Of a DNA stretch of 64,000 bases, positions 49,301 to 56,911 are shown piece after piece. Numbering within the stretch: the stretch's first letter is position 1; every line of letters begins with the position of its first letter. The notes under the pieces were generated by a model. It had not been told where the DNA came from and did not search any database. It was given only the letters and a program-made list of their open reading frames with translations. The stretch lies in the NCBI GenBank assembly GCA_945874695.1, contig CAMCHP010000002.1, forward strand, positions 23,473 through 87,472, in the 5' to 3' direction. Both the position numbers and the translations under genes were made by a program. Source of the DNA: Chryseobacterium gleum (GTDB lineage Bacteria > Bacteroidota > Bacteroidia > Flavobacteriales_D > Sanyastnellaceae).

Positions 49301-52300
49301 CGCATCGGCTGTTTCGGCATCGAAAGCGAAAAGTGAAATTTCAACCAGGTCAGAAGTGCTTGCATTCGCACACACGCCGTTGTTGATGGTCCATTGAAGC
49401 ACGGTTGTTCCTAAACCGATGCCGATCAACGGTGAGTTCGGGTTGTTCACGTCAACGATGGTTGCTGAACCTTGTACGAGTGTCCATGAGCCCGTTGCCG
49501 GGAATATCGCCGGATTGGCTGCGAGCATGGTCGCCTCTTGCGGTGAGCAAAGTTGTTGATCAACACCGGCATTCGCATTCGCTTGCGTTTCATCGTACAC
49601 CGTTATGGTCATTTGATCAGACGATCCGCTGCCTGCGCATGAACCGTTGTAAATCGTCCATTCGAAAATGTTCACCCCGATGCCCAATCCACTCACTTCG
49701 GAGTTCGGGTCGTTGATGTCAGCAATGCTGCCCGACCCTTGCACCAGTGTCCATGTTCCCACTGCTGGGAATGGCACGGTGTTGGCTGCAAGGCTTGTGG
49801 CTGTGAGCGGGGTGCACAAGAACTGATCGCTTCCTGCTGCGGCAACAGGCGTTGCTGGATCAAACACGAATATGCTGACCGTGTCGGTCGTTATTCCGTT
49901 CAAACAAGGGCCATTGTTGATGGTCCATACGAATACGTTCTCTCCAAGGCCGAGTCCGCTAACTGTAGCGTTCGGATTGTTGATGTTGCTGATCGTGCCT
50001 GAACCGCTAATCAACGACCACGAGCCTACGGCGGGCGCATTTGGTGTGTTGGCGTTCAACACCGTCGACGTGCTCGGGAAGCACAATTCTTGGTCATCAC
50101 CCGCATCGGCGGCGGCGTTGAATTGGTCGAAAATAAAGATCGAAACGAAGTCTTGTGTGAATGCGCCACAGGGGCCATTCTGAATTCGCCAGCGGAAGAT
50201 GTTCTCTCCGGGTGTAAGGTTTGTGACCACGGTGTTCGGATCGTTCACGTTTGCAATTGTACCTGATCCGCTAATGAGCGTCCACGTGCCCACGGCAGGG
50301 AAAATGGCCGCGTTGGCCGCCAAATTGATCGACGCCACAGGGGTACAGAGTTGTTGATCAGGCCCCGCGTTCGCTGCAGGCTGATTTTGATCAAAAACGA
50401 AGATGCTTACGACATCGCTGGTCAGCGCGTCGGGGCAATTGCCATTGTCAACAGTCCATTGGAAGACGTTCTCGCCAACGGGCAATCCGGTCACGGCCGA
50501 GTTTGCACTGGTTGGATCAAGCAATGTTCCACCGCCGCTCACCAAAGTCCACAAGCCAGTTGCAGGACCACTTAATGGACTGCCTGCCAATGTAGTTGAA
50601 GTATTCGGTGTGCACAGCGATTGGTTCGGACCGGCGTCAGCCGCTGCGAGGTCGGCATTGAAGACGAAGATGCTTACGGTATCGGTACGGTCTTCGAGGG
50701 CGAGGCAATTGCCGTTGAAAACGGTCCACACAAAGACATTCTCACCCAGCGCGAGGTTTGTAACCGCTGTATTCGCGTTGTTCGCGTTTTGGATGTCACC
50801 CGAACCGCTGAGGAGCGTCCATGTGCCAATGGCTGGTAACGCGACGGCGGTAGCAGTGAGGTTGGTCGCGTCAGTTGGGGTGCATAATTCTTGATCTGCA
50901 CCGGCATTGGCAGGGGCGATGCTTGAATCATACACTACGATGCTCACAAAGTCTTCTTGCACGCCACATGTCGAATAGTCAAGGGTCCAAGCAAAAATAT
51001 TTATGCCTACTCCTAAACCTGTGATGAGGGAGTTCGGGTTGTTGGGTTCAACAATCACCCCTGAACCGCTGACCAAGGTCCAGGTACCAACGCCTGGATC
51101 GAGTGCGGGCGAAGCCGCCATGCTTGCACTGTTCAACGGGGTGCAAAGGATTTGATCAGGGCCAGCATTGGCTTGCGGTGCCCCTCCGTCGAAGACGAAA
51201 ATGCTCACCTGATCACTGGTATTGCCACACGGACCGTTGTTGATGGTCCATTGGAAGATGTTTTCACCGATGGCCAGGTTTTGAAGGGTTGCAGTTGGGC
51301 TCGATGGGTTAAGAATGTCGCCACTTCCTTCAACCAAGGTCCACATTCCGGTGCCGGGTATTTGTGGGGTATTGCCTTGCAAAGTCGTAAAGTTATCAGG
51401 CGTACACAAGAACTGATCTTCGCCCGCATTGGCTACTGGAGCATTCGGGGTAAAGACCGAAATCACAACTTGATCGGTAGAGATGCCTCCACACGCGCCG
51501 TTGTTCACGGTCCACTGAAATACGTTGTTTCCGATGCCCAGTCCGGTAACGTTGCTGTTCGGATTGCTCGGAGTCGCGATGTTCCCCGAACCACTCACGA
51601 GTGTCCACAAGCCAGTTCCAGGCGCTGTTGGCGCATTGCCCTGCAAGCTTGTTGAATTCGTTGGTAAACACAGCTGCTGGTCGGCACCCGCATTGGCTGT
51701 CGGCGCAGTGCTGTCAAACACTTGCAAGGTCACCTGGTCGCTGGTGGTTGTGGGGTTACACGCGCCGTTGTTAATTGTCCACTGCAACACAACGGTGCCA
51801 ACACCCAAGCCACTTACGCTCGTGTTGGGGTTTGTTGAATCAGCCAGCACCGCGCTTCCTGACACCACGGTCCATTGACCCGTTGCCGGGAACACAGCCG
51901 CGTTGGCGGCAAGGGTCGTTGTGGTGTTGGGTGAGCAAATTTGTTGATCGGGACCAGCGTTGGCATCGGCCTGATCGTTGTCAAAAATGGTGATGACGAT
52001 GGTATCTACTAAACTGCCGGGCGCACACGGCCCATTGCTGATGGTGTATTGGAATACATTGTCACCAATCGCCAAGCCGGTTACGCCGGTTGTTGCCGCA
52101 CTCGGATTGGTGATGGTTCCTGAACCAGAAATCAAGGTCCATTGTCCTGTCGCAGGGAAAATAGGCGCTGTACCTGCAAGGGTTGCCGCGCTTACAGGTG
52201 TACAGAAGCTCTGGTCGGCACCAGCTGTGATGGTTTGGTTGTTGTCGAAGACAAATATCGAAACCAAGTCGAGGGTTGAGGCGGGCGGACAGGGGCCGTT

Positions 52301-55300
52301 GGTGACAGTCCAGCGGAAGGTGTTTTGACCAACCGACAAGCCGCTTACCGTGGTGTTCGGATTGTTTGCATCAGCAAAAATGCCGGTTCCAGAAATGACT
52401 TGCCATGTACCCACGGCCGGATAAGGTGTAGCGCTTCCCGCGAGTGTGGTTGACGTTTGTGGCATGCAGAGCTGCTGATCAACGCCCGCATTGGCCGCCG
52501 GCAGTGCCGCGTTGTGCACGGTAATGGTGACCTGATCGGAGGTGAATCCTGAACAGGGGCCATTTTCGACCGTCCACTGAAACACATTATCTCCAACCCC
52601 GAGGTTCGTTACGGTTGTATTGAAGAGGTTTGGATTGGTAATCGTTGCTGATCCAGAAACGAGCGTCCAAACCCCTGTGGCTGGAAGCGTAGGCTGGTTG
52701 CCCGCGAGGGTTACCACCGGCGAGCTTGAGCACACGACCTGGTCCATCCCGGCGTTAGCCGGAGACAATGCACCCTCAAAAACCGTGATGGTCATTTGAT
52801 CAGTGCTTGCCGCTCCGCAAGGGCCATTTTGAACGGTGTACACAAAAACGTTTGCGCCAACGCCCAAGCCCGTTACAGCGGTGTTTGGATTGGTTGGATC
52901 AACGATTGTGCCTTGTCCGCTTTGCAAGGTCCAAGTACCTACGGCTGGGAATGTGACCGCGTTTCCTTGAAGGGTGGTTGTTGGGTTGTCGCTGCACAGG
53001 AGTTGGTTTGCGCCCGCGTCGGCAGGGGCTTGACTCGCACTGAACACGAAAATACTGACCTGATCAGTGCTTACGCCGGGTGCGCAAGGGCCGTTATCGA
53101 TGGTCCATGCGAAGATGTTTTCTCCAACACTGAGGTTGGTAACCGCCGTGGTATTGCTGTTTGCATTGGCGAAGGTTCCCGAGCCGCTAACGACCGACCA
53201 TGTTCCTGTTCCCGGGAAGATGACCGCATTGGCCGCCAGGTTCACAGTGATGGGTGAAACCGGGTCTTCACAGAATGATTGGTTCGGGCCGGCATTGGCT
53301 GCAGGCGCATTCTCGTCATAAATAAAGATGGTCACCTCATCAAAGATTGACTTTCCGGGGCAAGGGCCGTTCAAAATCGACCAACGGTAAACGTTAGCTC
53401 CGATGCCCAAGCCTGAAATGGAGGCGTTCGGGTTATTGACGTTTGAAATGGTTCCTGTTCCTGAAACGAGCGTCCACTGTCCAACGGCTGGGAAGGGCGC
53501 CGGTTCAGCTTGCATGATATAGGTGCTTGTTGGCGTACAGAACGACACGTCTTCGCCGGCATCGGTGGCATCAATGTCGTCGCCGAAGAGGGTAACGGTC
53601 ATTTGATCGGATGTTGGCGCGCCGCACGGGCCGTTACTGACCGTCCATTGGAACACATTGGTTCCCATGCTTAAGTTGGTTACCGCACTGCTCGGATTGT
53701 TGGGCTCCACAACGGTTGCTCCACCTGAAATCACGCTCCAGGTGCCGCTTGCAGGAAATGCAGTTGCAACGGCTCCGAGGTTGATCAATGCTTCAGCAGG
53801 GTTGTTGACGCAAATTTGTTGGTCTTCACCAGCTGCCGCTGGCGGATGGTTGTTGTCGAATACGGTAATGACTACGTCGTCAAACGAACCGGTGGTGGCA
53901 CACGGTCCGTTGTTGATGGTGTAGCGTAGGATGTTTTCGCCGATCGAGAGGTTAGATGCAAGCGCATTTGCTGCTTGTACATCGGAAAACGTAGCGCTTC
54001 CTGAAATCACCGACCATGTGCCAAAGCCCGGACCAACCGGTTCAACCGCTTGAAGGGCGTATGACGTTGTTGGTGTGCACAATTGGGCGTCGCTGCCCGC
54101 ATTGGCAACGGCTACCGCACTGTCATACAAGGTAATGGTAACGGTATCGGTGAGCGGACTGCTGCATGGTCCATTGTCAATTGACCACATGAACACGTTA
54201 TCTCCGATGCTGAGGTTTGAAACGGTGGTGTTCGGCGCGTTCGGATTGGCAAAGGTGCCGTTGCCCGAAACGACCGTCCACACTCCTGTTGCGGGGAAAA
54301 TGGGCGTGTTTGCAGTGAGTGACGCAGATGTGAATCCGTTTGAGCAGAACGATTGGTCATTTCCTGCGTTGGCTGCTGGATGGTTGACATCGTAAACAAA
54401 GATGCTCATTTGGTCGGTCTTCACGTTTCCATCGCATGGCCCGTTATCGAGGTTCCATTGGAAAATGTTTTGGCCGATGCCGAGGTTTGTGACCAGGGCC
54501 GTGTTGCTGTTGATGTTGAAGATGGTTGCTGTTCCTTGCAAGATTTCCCACGTGCCAACCGCAGTGTTTCCTGGATTGTTCGCCTGCATCACATAGGTAT
54601 TTGCATTCGAACACAATTCGGCGTCGGGGCCGGCATTGGCGTCGGGCACCGCGCCATCGTAGACCATGATTGTGGTGTTGTCTGACACCACCTCGCATCC
54701 ATAATCGAGCGTCCATTGGAAAACGTTCGGGCCAAGTCCCAAGCCGGTTACTGGCGTTGTAGGGTTATTGGGGTTGATGATGGTTCCGCTTCCTGAAACC
54801 AATGACCACGTGCCCGTAACAAGCGGATCAGGATTCACCGCGGTAAGCGTAGCATTGGATACCCCGTTGCACAGCTCTTGATTGCTGCCGGCATCAATTG
54901 GCGTATTTGGGTCAAGCACAACAAATACCACGTCAATTTGGCCCGTGAAGCCAAAGCGGTTTTCAACGGTGAGGGTGAGGGTATCGCCCCCCACGTGGTT
55001 GAACGGAGCGGTGTAAGTGAAACAGGTGTCAAAAGGTGTTGTGGGCGGGGTAACGGTTACGTTACCGATGTTGCCCTCGACATTGATGATGTTGTGGTCA
55101 TCGGAACAACTGAAGACCAACAAACAGTGGTCGATGCTTTCGCCTTGACACAATGAACCCACGGTGTAAATGGTCGAAGGTAAAAGTGTGAAAGGATCGA
55201 GAAACTCGAATGCATCGTTGAACCCCGACAAATAGCCATAGGTTCCAGTTGCGCCACCATTTCCGGTGAGGAATCCTGCGTGAAAAAAGCCTTCGGATGT

Positions 55301-56581
55301 AATGATGTTGTTGTCGTTCAACGACGCATTGGGGAGCGCAACAGCGATCCACCCGGGCTTGCCGGGGACGTTATTAATTACGGCGCCCGGTACGTTGTTG
55401 TATGGAACCCCATTCACAGTCAATGTTGAAACGGCCTCTGCAGGTACGGTGAGGTTCATGACCTGATTGATCGTGTTCACCTGAAATTTGGAGAACTCAA
55501 TGTAACGGCTGCCCGTGCACTCCACTTGAGGAATGGCAGACATGCCCACTTCATCGTCTTGCGAAGCACCGGTGAAGTGATAGCAGTAAGCTACTTTGTT
55601 CGTTTGGAGCAAGTGAGGCGCACCCATTGAACCTGTCAATGTGTAATCATAGACTTGACCTGCATTGAGCGTGGCAACGGGTGTTGCATTGCCGTCGAGG
55701 TAAACTTGGGTATTGTTTTCGGTGGCCACGATGATGGCGTAGTCGAAATTTCCGGTGTTATCGCCCTTGACAACCACGAATTCTAAGCCCATGAGGTCAA
55801 TTGGTACAATTTGGTCGGTGCCGCCATCTGCGGCGTTTCCGCCAGCGATGCGGGTGTGGCTCGAGCCAGAATTCACCACAATGTCTTTGTCGGAGGTGAT
55901 GTGCGAACCGGCCACGTGTTCAATCGGGTTGTTGCCACGAATGAGGTACGATTCACGCGCATTGAGGGTAATGGTGTGCGGATTGGGCAAATCGCCGGCA
56001 CCAGCCAAATACATGTTATAGGGCGTTTCAATCGTGATGGTGGTGTTGTCTTCTAAGGCCATCACCGAAATGAAGTGATACTCATTCGGACTGTAGGTTG
56101 CGTTCATGTTGCGCACTTGCGAACCCGCCCAGAAGTCTTGTCCTTTGGCATTGCGGCCTTTGAGTGTGACCAGGGTTTGGTTAAACTGCCCCGAGATTTT
56201 GTGTACACACTGAATGGCCTGTGACGCAGTTATGACTAGGCCTCGCGTGACGTCGACCACATTGGGCACATCGGTTTGACCGAGCACGGGTGTGAGGTTA
56301 ACCTGTAAAGGAGAACCGGAGACCACAACCCCGTCAAATGTCCACGTTGTGCCATCGGCGGTTTCAATGTGCACATTCACCGGATTCGGTGAAGGGGTGG
56401 TGATGAACAATTCTGATGGCGTGTTGTGGCCACTTTGACCCGTATTCCAGATGGGGGGCATCCAGAATTCGGTGTCGAATTGCGCGTGTAACTGCATTGC
56501 AGAACAGAGCGAAAGTACCACGGCCAGCGTCATGTGGGCCAAAGAGTTCAGCGAGAGCTTCATAAGATCGAGTTTCGTCAT
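46364..56581 (-). CDS. Giant T9SS adhesin: IgGFc-binding-like N-terminal domain, 31 PKD-like repeats, type B CTD
   Basis: FISVMALEDNTTI, GSHITSDKDIVVNSG, DQIVP, IIVATENNTQV (IgGFc-binding-like); 31 AGxDQxxC...W..VSG...NGPC repeats counted by eye; IPDAFSPNGDGIND...IFNRWG...WDG...YYFIL CTD. Confidence 0.9.
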   Translation of the reverse strand: MTKLDLMKLSLNSLAHMTLAVVLSLCSAMQLHAQFDTEFWMPPIWNTGQSGHNTPSELFITTPSPNPVNVHIETADGTTWTFDGVVVSGSPLQVNLTPVLGQTDVPNVVDVTRGLVITASQAIQCVHKISGQFNQTLVTLKGRNAKGQDFWAGSQVRNMNATYSPNEYHFISVMALEDNTTITIETPYNMYLAGAGDLPNPHTITLNARESYLIRGNNPIEHVAGSHITSDKDIVVNSGSSHTRIAGGNAADGGTDQIVPIDLMGLEFVVVKGDNTGNFDYAIIVATENNTQVYLDGNATPVATLNAGQVYDYTLTGSMGAPHLLQTNKVAYCYHFTGASQDDEVGMSAIPQVECTGSRYIEFSKFQVNTINQVMNLTVPAEAVSTLTVNGVPYNNVPGAVINNVPGKPGWIAVALPNASLNDNNIITSEGFFHAGFLTGNGGATGTYGYLSGFNDAFEFLDPFTLLPSTIYTVGSLCQGESIDHCLLVFSCSDDHNIINVEGNIGNVTVTPPTTPFDTCFTYTAPFNHVGGDTLTLTVENRFGFTGQIDVVFVVLDPNTPIDAGSNQELCNGVSNATLTAVNPDPLVTGTWSLVSGSGTIINPNNPTTPVTGLGLGPNVFQWTLDYGCEVVSDNTTIMVYDGAVPDANAGPDAELCSNANTYVMQANNPGNTAVGTWEILQGTATIFNINSNTALVTNLGIGQNIFQWNLDNGPCDGNVKTDQMSIFVYDVNHPAANAGNDQSFCSNGFTSASLTANTPIFPATGVWTVVSGNGTFANPNAPNTTVSNLSIGDNVFMWSIDNGPCSSPLTDTVTITLYDSAVAVANAGSDAQLCTPTTSYALQAVEPVGPGFGTWSVISGSATFSDVQAANALASNLSIGENILRYTINNGPCATTGSFDDVVITVFDNNHPPAAAGEDQQICVNNPAEALINLGAVATAFPASGTWSVISGGATVVEPNNPSSAVTNLSMGTNVFQWTVSNGPCGAPTSDQMTVTLFGDDIDATDAGEDVSFCTPTSTYIMQAEPAPFPAVGQWTLVSGTGTISNVNNPNASISGLGIGANVYRWSILNGPCPGKSIFDEVTIFIYDENAPAANAGPNQSFCEDPVSPITVNLAANAVIFPGTGTWSVVSGSGTFANANSNTTAVTNLSVGENIFAWTIDNGPCAPGVSTDQVSIFVFSASQAPADAGANQLLCSDNPTTTLQGNAVTFPAVGTWTLQSGQGTIVDPTNPNTAVTGLGVGANVFVYTVQNGPCGAASTDQMTITVFEGALSPANAGMDQVVCSSSPVVTLAGNQPTLPATGVWTLVSGSATITNPNLFNTTVTNLGVGDNVFQWTVENGPCSGFTSDQVTITVHNAALPAANAGVDQQLCMPQTSTTLAGSATPYPAVGTWQVISGTGIFADANNPNTTVSGLSVGQNTFRWTVTNGPCPPASTLDLVSIFVFDNNQTITAGADQSFCTPVSAATLAGTAPIFPATGQWTLISGSGTITNPSAATTGVTGLAIGDNVFQYTISNGPCAPGSLVDTIVITIFDNDQADANAGPDQQICSPNTTTTLAANAAVFPATGQWTVVSGSAVLADSTNPNTSVSGLGVGTVVLQWTINNGACNPTTTSDQVTLQVFDSTAPTANAGADQQLCLPTNSTSLQGNAPTAPGTGLWTLVSGSGNIATPSNPNSNVTGLGIGNNVFQWTVNNGACGGISTDQVVISVFTPNAPVANAGEDQFLCTPDNFTTLQGNTPQIPGTGMWTLVEGSGDILNPSSPTATLQNLAIGENIFQWTINNGPCGNTSDQVSIFVFDGGAPQANAGPDQILCTPLNSASMAASPALDPGVGTWTLVSGSGVIVEPNNPNSLITGLGVGINIFAWTLDYSTCGVQEDFVSIVVYDSSIAPANAGADQELCTPTDATNLTATAVALPAIGTWTLLSGSGDIQNANNANTAVTNLALGENVFVWTVFNGNCLALEDRTDTVSIFVFNADLAAADAGPNQSLCTPNTSTTLAGSPLSGPATGLWTLVSGGGTLLDPTSANSAVTGLPVGENVFQWTVDNGNCPDALTSDVVSIFVFDQNQPAANAGPDQQLCTPVASINLAANAAIFPAVGTWTLISGSGTIANVNDPNTVVTNLTPGENIFRWRIQNGPCGAFTQDFVSIFIFDQFNAAADAGDDQELCFPSTSTVLNANTPNAPAVGSWSLISGSGTISNINNPNATVSGLGLGENVFVWTINNGPCLNGITTDTVSIFVFDPATPVAAAGSDQFLCTPLTATSLAANTVPFPAVGTWTLVQGSGSIADINDPNSEVSGLGIGVNIFEWTIYNGSCAGSGSSDQMTITVYDETQANANAGVDQQLCSPQEATMLAANPAIFPATGSWTLVQGSATIVDVNNPNSPLIGIGLGTTVLQWTINNGVCANASTSDLVEISLFAFDAETADAGEDQEFCFPTTQTTLDANATTGAAVGAWQVISGTGTFADANNANTLVTNLSIGENVFAWVIDNGPCGFSSDEVTIRIFDPEAPVAAAGDDQFFCTPISTTVLNGNTPATPGTGTWTLVSGMGTINAINDPNSALSGLTIGENIFAWTIYNGPCAEPTVDFVSIFIYDENHPDAQAGLDQELCLPQNSTLLNATPAIFPAFGTWTLLEGSGSIGDINDPNSFVSGLTLGANTFVWTINNAPCDFALNPDTVTIYVFEEDIIPASAGNDQLFCSPVAETTLTAAPLTSPNTGTWELLAGTGSIDAPFEPTTGVSALAVGENVFVWTVYNGPCDLALSSDTVSVFIFDENQAPADAGVDQELCLPVNSTFLEANAPIFPATGFWQVLSGSGTIADVTAPFTQVSDLGAGTNVFQWTISNGPCEDAVTTDTVNILVFTEDAAAANAGPDIDVCTPVSEVTLQAVAPTEPGTGTWSIVSGSGSISNSNDPNAVLSGLPTGTHILQWTVYNGPCLNNNTFDFVTVTVFDATNAPADPGPSQEICAPDSEVQLNAVAPIFPATGAWSVLSGSGSISDVTDPQATISGLNIGTTVLSWTVSNGPCEDASSAITTITIYNPDSPDAAAGDDQEFCTPFGGAVLAANTPLQPAVGTWTLISGAGDITNVNAPNSTVFNLGLGENIFVWSIYNGPCANGLTTDTVSIFVNDLSVAAADAGQDQALCGAPLELQLQGSETIGNTATGTWTVLEGGADFENVNNEATYISNLQPGVNTFLWTVDNGFCGITSDEVTIVVFDPELPTAFAGTDLEVCEDDFNIFNLPASEVEFPASGTWTVLEGPIDIGDLSDPSSTVWSLGSIQSPLTPVVSTIVWTVDNGPCGTSADSVSFTLLDCLTLEIPDAFSPNGDGINDVFEIPNLFKYDNNSIKIFNRWGALVYEAAPYKNDWDGRSQHPATIGEELPVSTYYFILDLGELNIPVYNGFIYLKR

Positions 56582-56707
56582 CCCCCGATTTCCGGGTTCG
56601 TCACGACTCGTTTATACGGCATTCAATAAAATAGTTACACCCTTTCGACAAGTGCAGTGCTCAAAATCAAGCCTTAAGTGTTCTGGAAAATAATTTTCGT
56701 TTGAAAC

Positions 56708-56735
56708 GAAACCTTTCAGGGCGTGCTCGCGTATC
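56708..56735 (+). promoter_or_regulatory. ECF-sigma-like promoter GAAACC-N16-CGTATC
   Basis: AAC in the -35 and CGT in the -10 with 16-nt spacing matches general ECF promoter architecture; no plus-strand ORF follows. Confidence 0.45.
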
Positions 56736-56741
56736 AGAGTA

Positions 56742-56848
56742 TATAGACCGCCAAAATTATTGTGAAGGTTTTGGTTGACTCATCAAACGGCGTGTCTTAA
56801 ACTGAAAAAGCTAGGCGGGATTGCGAAAGTAATCCCGCTTCGTTTTTT
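56742..56848 (+). ncRNA. Candidate small RNA (~105 nt)
   Basis: Bounded by an ECF-like promoter and a plus-strand terminator although both flanking genes are on the minus strand; possible 5' stem agac-cgcc/ggcg-t-gtct. Confidence 0.45.
56815..56848 (+). terminator. Plus-strand intrinsic terminator
   Basis: gcgggattgc-GAAA-gtaatcccgc then ttcgtttttt; the G-U pair and GNRA loop work only on the plus strand. Confidence 0.75.
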
Positions 56849-56861
56849 ATATGCCCCAAAC

Positions 56862-56894
56862 AAAAAGGGCCACATCGAATTGATGCGGCCCTTT
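56862..56894 (-). terminator. Terminator of the S8 peptidase gene
   Basis: aaagggcc-a-catc...gatg-c-ggcccttt hairpin with a T-run on the minus strand, ~18 nt after the stop codon. Confidence 0.7.
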
Positions 56895-56911
56895 CGTATA
56901 AATGATCTTAT

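Noticed and set aside
46361..56693. Many repetitive antisense ORFs over the giant adhesin, and the possibility of a CRISPR-like or DNA repeat array
   Set aside because: These are shadows of the repetitive protein's codon usage; the repeats are degenerate at DNA level with no constant repeat-spacer structure.
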